A stretch of DNA of 59,543 nt, the filler included. It is 4 parts of 4 records of this genome, joined end to end, with 100 filler letters (N's around TTAATTAATTAA, not from the genome) between each part and the next. Parts side by side here need not be neighbours in the genome. Positions count along the whole stretch, not along the records: positions 19,998 to 36,440 come from SRR22947727_574; positions 36,541 to 48,587 come from SRR22947727_579; 2 more parts are not named here. The stretch is one strand, 5' to 3'. A model generated the notes under the pieces. The model was not told the DNA's origin. It worked only from the letters and a program-made list of their open reading frames with translations, and ran no database searches. The position numbers and the translations under genes were made by a program. Below, piece by piece: positions 27,673 through 36,821 of this stretch (position 1 is its first letter; each line of letters starts with the position of its first letter).

Positions 27673-30144
27673 TCAGTTTAACATAATTGGAGCTCCAATG
27701 CAAGTCAGGGGTCCAGTTGCAGTGATAGTGACTAGTCCAACACCAGTAATAAACATCTTACCTGCTGTAGATAGACTGAAGACACCAGCAGTTGACATTG
27801 AGATAGCACCAGTAGTGTTGACTGTAAAGGCACAACCAGCAAGACCAGTGAAGTTCATAGCACCACCAGCACCCTGAATCACATTATATACAGAAGCAGT
27901 CAACTGCTTGTGAGTCACAACTGATGCGGGTGCTAGATGCAGGGTTGTATCAGTAGTGAGTGTAGGAGACAAGAATGTTGTAATTCTCTTACCTAAGAAA
28001 AAATTGAATTGTCCAACAGTAGGATCTAGTGAACCACCACCGAGTGCACTAGATGCCAAACCTTCAATACTTGCACCAACAATATTATATTCCGACTTTG
28101 ATGAGAAGTTAGTTGTAACACTAGATGACCAACCAATTGCAGGAGCACTTCCAACAATACTAGCACCCTGCAGATTAATTCTACCTTTTTGTGCCTTTAG
28201 ATCAATACCTTCAGCAGCATGAATAGATGCTTTGTTTGCACCAATGTGCCAACTACCCTTATATTCACGTGAGAAGTCAGATGCATCAATATGAGTTGAT
28301 TCTCTTGCTCTACCTGAATCTTTTACATTTCCATTCTTATCAACTTCAGGACCAGATGAAGTGAACTGTTGTGTTGTACCGTCAGTGGAGACTTTTTGAT
28401 CTCCATGAACTTTAAAAATTAAATCACCATCAACTTCGATGATATAGTTACCTTTAACATGTTCACACTTATCACCTTCAATGATTTTGGTTTCAGTCTT
28501 TGCCTTATGCTCATGAGTATTACCTTTTTCATCAGTAACATGTGAGTTTCCAGCATGATCAACCTTTCTCTTAAATCTCTTGCCAGGTTCTGCAGAAGAC
28601 TGCTCATATGAACCATCAGCAAAGTTTTCAATGAAAGTTGTTGCTGAATTTAATAAAGTTTCATTCCACGGTGAGTTAGACCTCTTATATGGATTATTAT
28701 CCGAACGTTCGTACCCACGTAATGTTTCAGTAGTACATTCCGAACTACCATATAATGGCATCCAGTTTTTCACCCTATCATCAGACTTTTTCCTTCGGCA
28801 CGGATCTGGGAATAATAGATCTAATAGTATATTAACAACAAAATTAACAATGTTTGTAATTAGACCTTTTCCTGCTTGTGTAGACCAGAATTCGGCAGTC
28901 TCTGAAACTGCCTGTGCTGCTTCAGACGCATTCTTTGCAGTTTGTAGAGCATCTGCGATAGAACCTGCAATCTGGATTGCTTGACCAAGAGAATTTTGAA
29001 TATTGCTGGTGATATTTTCAACAGTCAACAAAGCGCCAGAAATAGAGTCTGTTATCGCCGAGGCTACCTGATCTATTATACCATCCGCAAATCCTTGTAC
29101 AAAATTTGCTGCATTTGATATTGCTTCAGCAAAATTGTTGCCAATCTCAAAGTCACACATGAATCTGTTGACAACACGAATAGCAGTGTCAATCAGAAGT
29201 TGATATACAAACGGTAATGATGCAAAACTAGACATTAGATCAGTAACAGCATCACCAATTAAATTAGCAATTCCTGCTTTCAACTCAGCAAATATTCCAT
29301 TGAAAGCATATGAAATAAATCTCTTGATTTTGACAATGATTGCATCAATATTAATAAGAGAACCTGTAAATGCAGAGAAAAACTCACCATTATATCCCTT
29401 GGCAACAGATCCGATAGTGACACCAAGATCACAAAGCATATATCTCAATGTATCAACATATTCCGAAAAATCACCTGCTTTACCATTGCTAAGGGGTCTA
29501 GGACATGTACTAGGAACACCAGAGGGATTTGCTGCTGAAGCAGGTGCTTTTGTTGAACCTGCACCTGCTGGACCAGTATTTTGTGGTCCAGACCCATCAT
29601 CATTACGTCCAGGATTGGTGTTTAGTGATGCATTAGATGCAGCATCATTACTATTTCGTCTAGATCCCTTTCTATTAGATGCTTGTCTTGTTAATTCTTG
29701 CCCAAGAGGACGGTTATGATTGATATCTGCAGTCGCAACATTTATAAAACCACCACCATTACCCTTAATATCAGCAATCCATTCACCTGCCTTTAATTTT
29801 TCTTTATCATCAGTTCCTGTATTCAAGAAAGAACGCAAAATACCCATAATACAAGGTTGTTGTGCTTCTTCACCATCTAGGAAGAATCCCATCACAATAG
29901 CACCCACACCAAGCCTATTATTTGACTTACCAATGTTTTTGATGCCTACCTCAGTAGTAGGTTGCATCACATGGGACCATGGCAACATATCTGTAGGAAT
30001 ATTCTCTTTGTAATCCTCTCCAGTATACCAACCAGCAATACGAACTTTGACCCTACCTAAACCTGCAGGATCCCCATCATTTTTTTCGACTTGTCCTACC
30101 CACCAAGTAAAACCGTCCTTACCAATAAATGACTGGGTTGTCAT
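27673..30144 (-). CDS. gp5: Baseplate central spike/hub protein, T4 gp5-like
   Basis: FIGKDGFTWWVGQVE..DP..LGRVKVRI, V.GFFLDG...QQP OB-fold; C-terminal 8-residue beta-helix repeats ending GAPIMLN. Confidence 0.9.
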   Translation of the reverse strand: MTTQSFIGKDGFTWWVGQVEKNDGDPAGLGRVKVRIAGWYTGEDYKENIPTDMLPWSHVMQPTTEVGIKNIGKSNNRLGVGAIVMGFFLDGEEAQQPCIMGILRSFLNTGTDDKEKLKAGEWIADIKGNGGGFINVATADINHNRPLGQELTRQASNRKGSRRNSNDAASNASLNTNPGRNDDGSGPQNTGPAGAGSTKAPASAANPSGVPSTCPRPLSNGKAGDFSEYVDTLRYMLCDLGVTIGSVAKGYNGEFFSAFTGSLINIDAIIVKIKRFISYAFNGIFAELKAGIANLIGDAVTDLMSSFASLPFVYQLLIDTAIRVVNRFMCDFEIGNNFAEAISNAANFVQGFADGIIDQVASAITDSISGALLTVENITSNIQNSLGQAIQIAGSIADALQTAKNASEAAQAVSETAEFWSTQAGKGLITNIVNFVVNILLDLLFPDPCRRKKSDDRVKNWMPLYGSSECTTETLRGYERSDNNPYKRSNSPWNETLLNSATTFIENFADGSYEQSSAEPGKRFKRKVDHAGNSHVTDEKGNTHEHKAKTETKIIEGDKCEHVKGNYIIEVDGDLIFKVHGDQKVSTDGTTQQFTSSGPEVDKNGNVKDSGRARESTHIDASDFSREYKGSWHIGANKASIHAAEGIDLKAQKGRINLQGASIVGSAPAIGWSSSVTTNFSSKSEYNIVGASIEGLASSALGGGSLDPTVGQFNFFLGKRITTFLSPTLTTDTTLHLAPASVVTHKQLTASVYNVIQGAGGAMNFTGLAGCAFTVNTTGAISMSTAGVFSLSTAGKMFITGVGLVTITATGPLTCIGAPIMLN

Positions 30145-30168
30145 ATTTCATAGATTATCGTTACTCTG

Positions 30169-30176
30169 TATTTATA
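30169..30176 (-). promoter_or_regulatory. T4-type late promoter TATAAATA for gp5
   Basis: Exact match 24 nt upstream of the gp5 ATG. Confidence 0.85.
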
Positions 30177-30204
30177 GCTTTTATCTGAACTCTCTACAAG
30201 GGTT

Positions 30205-30233
30205 ATTGTACTGATTTTCCGAACTTTTGTCAA
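30205..30233 (-). promoter_or_regulatory. Sigma70-type promoter
   Basis: TTGACA-N17-TACAAT. Confidence 0.75.
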
Positions 30234-30254
30234 GTCTTTGAAAACTTTACAGAT

Positions 30255-30286
30255 AAAAAAATCCCCCGAGGTTTTTTCGGGGGATT
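30255..30286 (-). terminator. Intrinsic terminator after the CP12-like gene
   Basis: AATCCCCCGA/TCGGGGGATT 10-bp stem followed by a U-tract on the minus strand. Confidence 0.88.
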
Positions 30287-30311
30287 CTACAAATTAATAG
30301 TTGATTTTGGT

Positions 30312-30542
30312 TCAGTCGTCAAATACTTTACACATAGGTGAACCAGGATGATTATCACAGAACTTATCTAACACCTTATCTTGGTGACGATTTTCTGGAT
30401 TAGCAATCCTACCTTCTGTTTTAGGATCCCACTCATCATCTGAGTGTGTTTCATTACAATGTAGATCTACCTTATACTCATTGTACTTATCGTTAGGATC
30501 ATAAAGTGGATCGGATGCATCTTTTTGACGTGGTTGGGACAT
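30312..30542 (-). CDS. cp12: CP12-like protein (Calvin-cycle regulator, putative auxiliary metabolic gene)
   Basis: C-terminus LDKFCDNHPGSPMCKVFDD = Cys-X8-Cys with central Pro and acidic end; strong RBS AAGGAGGGAGG before ATG 30542 (76 aa); frame is also open back to 30710. Confidence 0.7.
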   Translation of the reverse strand: MSQPRQKDASDPLYDPNDKYNEYKVDLHCNETHSDDEWDPKTEGRIANPENRHQDKVLDKFCDNHPGSPMCKVFDD

Positions 30543-30712
30543 TAAATCCTCCCTCCTTAATATAAGACTAATTATGGACTTTGATGTGTCATACACTGAT
30601 TTTGTGTTAAAATCAGAGATTGACTTATTGATCTGATCTCTCAGGAAAAAGAGTTTTTCATCAATTTCTTTTACTTTCTTTAATACCTTGCTACTCATCA
30701 TAGTCCCCATTT

Positions 30713-32035
30713 CTATTGATAAGAATCCCTCGCAATATATATGTCTGTCTCCATGGATCCCTTAATACCGTATCGATGTGTGACACCACTGACCAAATAC
30801 TTGCCAGAGTTTTTCTTATCAATAACGGTATTTCTCCCATCCCATCGGGGCACATTGATAGTGATGACATCACCAGCAACAACACCAAAGTTTCCAGGAA
30901 CTGTAATTCTACCACTAATATGATCTAGTGACAAGAAACGGGATAGGGTATAAGGTTTGGCATCTGCAGATGTTTCATAGGAACCACCACTAATATTTTG
31001 TGCAGTCCTAATGGTACTGCCCGTAGAACCACCAATGGGTCCACTATTATTAGTCGTGCTTGCCTCTCTTGTAATAGTATCCCCAAAGAGATGAGGTGCT
31101 ACACAGGAATAGAAAACTCTCGATACTCCACCAATTTGATCTTCAACTTGTTGAAACTCTGAGAAGGGATTCGTGCTTCCCAGATGACTCATTCTACTGT
31201 AGTTACCATCGATTGACCACCGTTTCGCTATGTTATTTTCCGATTTCAAATTCACGAAATCAACACCGTAGAAGATACCACCGTAGGCACCTTTCCGTAG
31301 GTTGTCTTGTACATTCAGACCACTATCAATAACAAAGTTTCTGATTGCTAGTTGATCATCAGGACCAGTGCTTTGAGAAACGTTCTTAGGTCTCAATGTG
31401 AACTCAAACTTTGATCTACCTTCACACATTTTGTCCATGGACTTGAAGTGGAAACCATCTAGTGCTTCATAGAATAGATAACCTGCTTGTCCACTTTTGC
31501 CACTACGGATTGCCTTTGCTGATAGTTGTGAAATAAAATCAAAGGGTCTGTAGTTTGGGCAGATAAAAGATCCCCTGTGTTCTGTACTCTCAATCTCAAC
31601 TTTCTTCTGTGTACCCAATCTTCTCTTCAGAATATCTCCAACGATTGAAGATATTTTAGTATTCTTATATGCAAATAATAATCTCTGATTGTCATTCAAG
31701 TAACTCTCTCTGGAGTTGAACACAATATTATACTTCTTGACTTTCTCACCATCAATTAAGTCACGTACTTCATTCAGATATGTTTGCCAAGTCATACGAC
31801 CACCGAATGAATCCATATCAAGATCTAAAATCTCTTGACCTACAAGTTGTGTATAGAGACCTACATTATCCTGAATCGATAAGATGACTCTAACACTGGG
31901 ACAATCAATACTCTGTAGAATAGTGATACCTTGCACATATGCTGTAATGTCAGGTAACGTAGTTCCATCTGCCTTTCTTAGTGTGATACCGTTGACTACG
32001 GCATCTCCAACGTTATAAACTCCAGTTCTTGCCAT
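30713..32035 (-). CDS. Baseplate hub protein (gp27/VgrG-like)
   Basis: GYLFYEALDGFHFKS, ITVPGN..V.AGD.I, SGKYLV..V.H; lies upstream of gp5. Confidence 0.75.
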   Translation of the reverse strand: MARTGVYNVGDAVVNGITLRKADGTTLPDITAYVQGITILQSIDCPSVRVILSIQDNVGLYTQLVGQEILDLDMDSFGGRMTWQTYLNEVRDLIDGEKVKKYNIVFNSRESYLNDNQRLLFAYKNTKISSIVGDILKRRLGTQKKVEIESTEHRGSFICPNYRPFDFISQLSAKAIRSGKSGQAGYLFYEALDGFHFKSMDKMCEGRSKFEFTLRPKNVSQSTGPDDQLAIRNFVIDSGLNVQDNLRKGAYGGIFYGVDFVNLKSENNIAKRWSIDGNYSRMSHLGSTNPFSEFQQVEDQIGGVSRVFYSCVAPHLFGDTITREASTTNNSGPIGGSTGSTIRTAQNISGGSYETSADAKPYTLSRFLSLDHISGRITVPGNFGVVAGDVITINVPRWDGRNTVIDKKNSGKYLVSGVTHRYGIKGSMETDIYIARDSYQ

Positions 32036-35000
32036 TACTTAATACCTCCACCAAAAATCTTACCAGCAATAGAACCAAGAGTACCAGCAATATTAGATGT
32101 AAGATTTTCACCTGAAGACGACTTCTCAAATCCTGGATTTGGAGCTCCTCCACCCTGCTGGGCACTTTTCTGAGATGCACTAATAATTGCTTGCTGAATC
32201 ATAGGTAGTATCTGCTGCATAGCCTGATCATTTACAGCAGGTGGTAGTTCTGCCATCTTACCTTTATCTACAAGGACACCAGCAATAACATCACTAGTAA
32301 CCTTAACTAATTTATCTGTCAACATAGTGGTTGCACCTTCCAAGTTCTGAATCTTGGCAGAGTTTTGTGCTACCTGTTGAGTCTTCATCAATGTAGAAAA
32401 TGCCTTTGCTGCATTAACGTTTAAGACTGTTGATCCACCAGGAACAAAAGCTTGCTTTGAGTCAGGTCCACCACTGGTGCCAGCAAGTTGACCAACAGCA
32501 AAGTCAAGAGCACCCATGCCAGCCTGCTTCAGGAAACTTGATGCACCTAAACCTTTACCACCGATATTCAATGCGTCTAGTGTACCACCAAACATCGATG
32601 TAAATCCAGGGCCAAAGATCATCTCACCACCTTGAGCAAGAATATTTCCCATTCCACCCATTCCACCCAAGATATCTCCACTCATCAGTCCACCAAGTGC
32701 ACCATCTAACAGACCACTTGCTGATGACATGAACCCACCAACAGATCCTCCGATCATATTACCAAGACCACCGAATCCCCCGATTCCACCAAGTGCACCA
32801 GATATGGCACCACCGATACCTCCACCACCCATCAGTCCACTGATACCACCAATAGCAGCAGATGCAATAGGTCCAATGCCAGGGATGAATGATGCAGCAA
32901 TAGGTGCTACTTTTGCGATAGTCTTACCAATACTACCGACTGCATTACCAATACTCTTAGCAATACCACCAAGGAACATGCGTTGAGGTTTGATTTGACC
33001 GAGAGCCTCTTTTATTTTTTCAGGAGTCATGCTACTGGATTGTCCAGGATAGTGAAACTTTCCTTGAGCATTTGGGAACGAAGCAAATTCTTGGGATAGA
33101 CCCTGCATAAAGGTGTTTGTGTCTATCTCACCTGCTAACCATTGAGCACCCTTACGGCTACCTTCGATGTTTGATTTTATAATAAGTTTATCTTGATTTG
33201 CTTCATTGTACAAATCTTTATCTGGATCAAGTCCAATTCTTCTTGCTCGACCAACCAAGTTTTGTGGGAGTTGTTGATACTTACCAACAGCTCCTGTTGC
33301 TTTCTTAGCAACTTCGGAGATGGTCATTTTGGTTGCACCAGGCAATGTTTTATTGGGGTTCATTGCCTCATAGTTGCCACCTGACTCCTTACCAGCAATT
33401 AGATCTAAGAGTGGACCCCATGTACCTGTACTTCCAGCAGGAGGTGTTGCTGTTTTTTCACCATTAGGACCAAAGGCAGGACCTGCGTATTCCTGGGGTG
33501 ATTTGGGTGGAGTTGCACCAGGTGGAGATGGTGTAGGAGTTGGTGCACTTCCACCAGGTAGGATACTCTTAAACCAATTCTTGATAGCATCAGTCATTGC
33601 ATCGGCAAAGTCCTTTCCTGCCTGAGTGTTGGATGTGGACTGACCCATTGCCTTATCTAAGAGACTAGAGTCTACACCGAAAATTTGTAGAATAGGACCC
33701 ATCAATGTCTTAGCAATCGGTCCAAGCATGTTACCGATTCCAAAAGGTATTTTGCCTAGCATAGCACCCAGACCAACTAGAATTCCAGCACCTGCCATCT
33801 TAAGTGGCATAGGAATGAGAGTTGCCATTCCCTTTGCCATCTTCTTACTGTTACCAATGATAGCAGCAAGAGGATCATTACCTGCGTCAGTGTATCTGTT
33901 TTTGATAGGAACAACTGCCTCGGTTCCATGTGCTTCGATTGCTCCACCACCAACTCTTGCACGATATCCTTGATTTCTACCAGTAATGATACGAGCAGCA
34001 CCAGACTGAGCATGGGGTAGTCTACCACCTGTTCTGAATGGTAAAATGCCACCAGTTTCAGCTGATCCCAGAATATCACCACCAGGGGTGCCACTTGTTC
34101 CACCAGATCTTGTTGTTGAACCAGAAGGTTTTGTTGCTGAAACAGATGGTGATTTTTCTCCATCTGCCACTGACATGCCGATGAGCGTAGTAATTCCTCC
34201 AGCAGCAGCTCCTAGAGCAAGACCCTTCAGTCCACGACCTTTCATTTTCATGACACCAGTCTTGGTTGCCATGACGAGTGCTTTACCTGCCTTAGCAGCA
34301 AGACCTAATGCTTTCGGGATTATTCTGAATACCTTAAAGATTCTCTTGACATCTTTAATAATTTTGAAAGGATTCCTTAGGTATCTGTTGGCTAAGAACA
34401 GAGAGAATATTCCTACAGCAAACTGTAAGAATCCTTTTAATCTGCCTAGTAGTGAACTATCACTACCAAACATGTTACTGAAACCTTCTAGTGCACTGAT
34501 GACACCAAACTCTACAAATTTGTAGATTGCTTTACCAACTTTGACTAGGACTCTTAAAAAATCCACAGTCATCTTTGCATTTTTAGGGTCAGACAACCAC
34601 TTCAATGCACCAAATAAAACTAGTGTCTTTAATAACTTAAGTAGTGATGCAAAGAATCCACCACCATCATCAGGTGATGTATCAGATGAACCATCAGCAA
34701 CTGATCCTGCACGTTTTGCTTCTAGACCACCCTCTTTACCACCTAATCTTGCTCGTGATGCTGCAATTCTTCTCTCCCTTGCTGTCTGTCTTTGTTGTTT
34801 AGCAGCATTAACTTTTCTCTTACGGTCTTCAGATGCTAGACCTTTAATAGAATCATTAATTAGTTTATTATTTTTGATTAATCCCTTAGTTGAATTATCA
34901 ATACTAAGTTTGATGCCCTGCAGAATCTTAGTTTGTTCATTCAACTGACCACCAATCCTATTCATTGCAAGAACTTGCAATCTAGGAGTACCATCTGGTT

Positions 35001-35094
35001 TACTCTGATATTTCTTGCCAGCAATCGTTGCTGTCCCTCCAGTGGAACGAACTCCACGAGGGTTTACAAATTTATAAAATGATGCAGCTGCCAT
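32035..35094 (-). CDS. Tape-measure/baseplate-hub-like protein with a lysozyme-like domain
   Basis: 1019 aa, Gly/Ala-rich helices; LLDLIAGKESGGNY..AVGKYQ..QD..LSQEFASFP lysozyme-like core. Confidence 0.75.
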   Translation of the reverse strand: MAAASFYKFVNPRGVRSTGGTATIAGKKYQSKPDGTPRLQVLAMNRIGGQLNEQTKILQGIKLSIDNSTKGLIKNNKLINDSIKGLASEDRKRKVNAAKQQRQTARERRIAASRARLGGKEGGLEAKRAGSVADGSSDTSPDDGGGFFASLLKLLKTLVLFGALKWLSDPKNAKMTVDFLRVLVKVGKAIYKFVEFGVISALEGFSNMFGSDSSLLGRLKGFLQFAVGIFSLFLANRYLRNPFKIIKDVKRIFKVFRIIPKALGLAAKAGKALVMATKTGVMKMKGRGLKGLALGAAAGGITTLIGMSVADGEKSPSVSATKPSGSTTRSGGTSGTPGGDILGSAETGGILPFRTGGRLPHAQSGAARIITGRNQGYRARVGGGAIEAHGTEAVVPIKNRYTDAGNDPLAAIIGNSKKMAKGMATLIPMPLKMAGAGILVGLGAMLGKIPFGIGNMLGPIAKTLMGPILQIFGVDSSLLDKAMGQSTSNTQAGKDFADAMTDAIKNWFKSILPGGSAPTPTPSPPGATPPKSPQEYAGPAFGPNGEKTATPPAGSTGTWGPLLDLIAGKESGGNYEAMNPNKTLPGATKMTISEVAKKATGAVGKYQQLPQNLVGRARRIGLDPDKDLYNEANQDKLIIKSNIEGSRKGAQWLAGEIDTNTFMQGLSQEFASFPNAQGKFHYPGQSSSMTPEKIKEALGQIKPQRMFLGGIAKSIGNAVGSIGKTIAKVAPIAASFIPGIGPIASAAIGGISGLMGGGGIGGAISGALGGIGGFGGLGNMIGGSVGGFMSSASGLLDGALGGLMSGDILGGMGGMGNILAQGGEMIFGPGFTSMFGGTLDALNIGGKGLGASSFLKQAGMGALDFAVGQLAGTSGGPDSKQAFVPGGSTVLNVNAAKAFSTLMKTQQVAQNSAKIQNLEGATTMLTDKLVKVTSDVIAGVLVDKGKMAELPPAVNDQAMQQILPMIQQAIISASQKSAQQGGGAPNPGFEKSSSGENLTSNIAGTLGSIAGKIFGGGIK

Positions 35095-35099
35095 TTATA

Positions 35100-36440
35100 T
35101 TATCGACCGAAAGTTGATAGTGGTGATGGTGGTTTAGAACTACCTCCTCCTCCACCTGGTGAGGACATTGGTGTGGGGATTGGCATAAACACTCTCTGAA
35201 TTGCACCAATCTCAACAGGAGCTTTAGTAATACCAGGATGCATGATACTCTCTCTATTTATCCCTGTTGATTGACCCATCACTCTTGCACCACGACTCTC
35301 AGCTATCTTGACAAGACCACCAAGGTTCTTGCGATCATAATCTTCAGGTTTATACTTCTTTTTCTGATCTTTTGCAGATTTCACTCTTGCAGCAATAATA
35401 TCCTCAGATGGAGTATCACCTGCAACACCACCAGTAGTAAATCGACCAAAGTTTACAATACCACCATAATTCATTCTCTGTCTAATCTGATCACGGATCT
35501 TCTCTGGACCCGATCCCATTTTGTCACCTTGCTTCAGTTTTGAAAGATCCCACTTACCACCCTGATCAGGCAGTTCTCCATGAGTAGGCACATTTTCTTT
35601 AGTGATGTCTGCTGCAGTCCACCCCCAAGTCTTTGCAAGATTTGCAATTCCCTGAGCAAGACTTGTTATCTGAATGTCTTTGATAGGATATTTGCCAAAA
35701 TTGCTTGGTGTTGCACCTAGCATTGCTGACACTGAGAAAGAAGCATTGCCACTATTGTTCCTGTACGTGTGATATGGTGGACTCTGACCAAATGATGCAT
35801 GTCCTGGGTGCTGATTAGCAACAACTGCACCATTACCTTTCACATAACGATGATAACCTGCCCAACCAAAATCTGCCTTGATAGATCTATCATCATCATA
35901 TGAACCTCCAGTCCAGTGCATGATAATTTTTCTATTCTTCTTACTAGTCTTATCCTCACCTACACCTGCAACTGGTGGTGTTGCAGTTTCTCCTTTTGCT
36001 TTCAAGAATGCCTGAACCATTGATTCATTAGCAGCAGTTCCATCTTTATTTGTGGTATTTCTTAAACGACCACCGACTCCACCAATACCACCTTCAAAGA
36101 ACTGTAGTCCACTACCAGTATTAACTGCATGGAAGTTCTCATTCTTTTCATTTTTAAAGAAGAACTTCTCACCCTCTTCAATACCATAATTCCTGCTTGA
36201 ATCAAGAGTAGGTGCACCAGTTGATCTTTTCACAGACTCTGCATCACCTAGACCTACAAGGTTTGTGAGTCCAGGTGCTACCTGCCTTGGGATGGTTTTC
36301 AACCAACCTTGTAGCAAACCACCCAAAAGAGTTTTTATTGGTGCTACAGTCGCACCAAAGAATTTTGAGAGATGCTCCTTGATTTGATTCTTTGCTGAGA
36401 CGACTGGTGCCACCATAGGTGTTTCACTTAAAGAAACAAC
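35100..36440 (-). CDS. Virion protein with N-acetylmuramoyl-L-alanine amidase domain, 5' truncated
   Basis: IIMHWTGG, YH, HTY..N, V.THGE, WDL Amidase_2-like motifs; frame open to the contig edge. Confidence 0.75.
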   Translation of the reverse strand, partial: VVSLSETPMVAPVVSAKNQIKEHLSKFFGATVAPIKTLLGGLLQGWLKTIPRQVAPGLTNLVGLGDAESVKRSTGAPTLDSSRNYGIEEGEKFFFKNEKNENFHAVNTGSGLQFFEGGIGGVGGRLRNTTNKDGTAANESMVQAFLKAKGETATPPVAGVGEDKTSKKNRKIIMHWTGGSYDDDRSIKADFGWAGYHRYVKGNGAVVANQHPGHASFGQSPPYHTYRNNSGNASFSVSAMLGATPSNFGKYPIKDIQITSLAQGIANLAKTWGWTAADITKENVPTHGELPDQGGKWDLSKLKQGDKMGSGPEKIRDQIRQRMNYGGIVNFGRFTTGGVAGDTPSEDIIAARVKSAKDQKKKYKPEDYDRKNLGGLVKIAESRGARVMGQSTGINRESIMHPGITKAPVEIGAIQRVFMPIPTPMSSPGGGGGSSKPPSPLSTFGR

Positions 36441-36540
36441 NNNNNNNNNNNNNNNNNNNNNNNNNNNNNNNNNNNNNNNNNNNNTTAATTAATTAANNNN
36501 NNNNNNNNNNNNNNNNNNNNNNNNNNNNNNNNNNNNNNNN
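36441..36540. other. Artificial contig spacer
   Basis: N-run with TTAATTAATTAA. Confidence 0.98.
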
Positions 36541-36821
36541 CAGAAAGACATTTAGTTCCAGCGATTTCTGAAAAAGTGAAAGATACTGAGTTCGATGTCT
36601 TATTTATTACAGGTGTTGGAGAAGTGTTTCCATACATTCGATCTCATAACGTCCTCAACAATCTTCAAAGTGCAGTTAAAGATCAACCGATGGTTATGTT
36701 TTTTCCTGGTAGTTACCAACACGAATTGGCGACTGGCGCCTCGTTGGATTTATTCAGCAGATTGCATGATGACAAATACTATAGAGCATACAACATTTTA
36801 ACTATGAAGGCAGCATCATGA
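36541..36821 (+). CDS. brxB: BREX protein BrxB (DUF1788), 5' truncated
   Basis: LFITGVGEVFPYIRSHNVLNNL..VMFFPGSY..L.LF..DDKYYRA; ATGA overlap with brxC. Confidence 0.9.

Larger units (their letters stand above)
19998..36440 (-). mobile_element. T4-like cyanomyovirus genome fragment (baseplate/tail region)
   Basis: gp5 homolog, TATAAATA late promoters, cyanophage-type structural proteins, CP12-like gene, tRNAs, all genes on one strand. Confidence 0.9.

Noticed and set aside
30691-30915. 74-aa minus-strand ORF overlapping the hub gene 3' end
   Set aside because: Alternative-frame overlap of a well-supported gene with no independent evidence.
32560-32980. Recurrent CCACC/ACC pattern as a CRISPR or DNA repeat array
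   Set aside because: It is the reverse complement of GGT/GGA codons in a Gly-rich protein segment; no constant repeat-spacer structure. No CRISPR array was seen anywhere in the window.
27662-34948. Many + strand ORFs of 60-160 aa in the phage contig
   Set aside because: Antisense shadows of minus-strand structural genes caused by codon bias; no RBS or recognisable domains.
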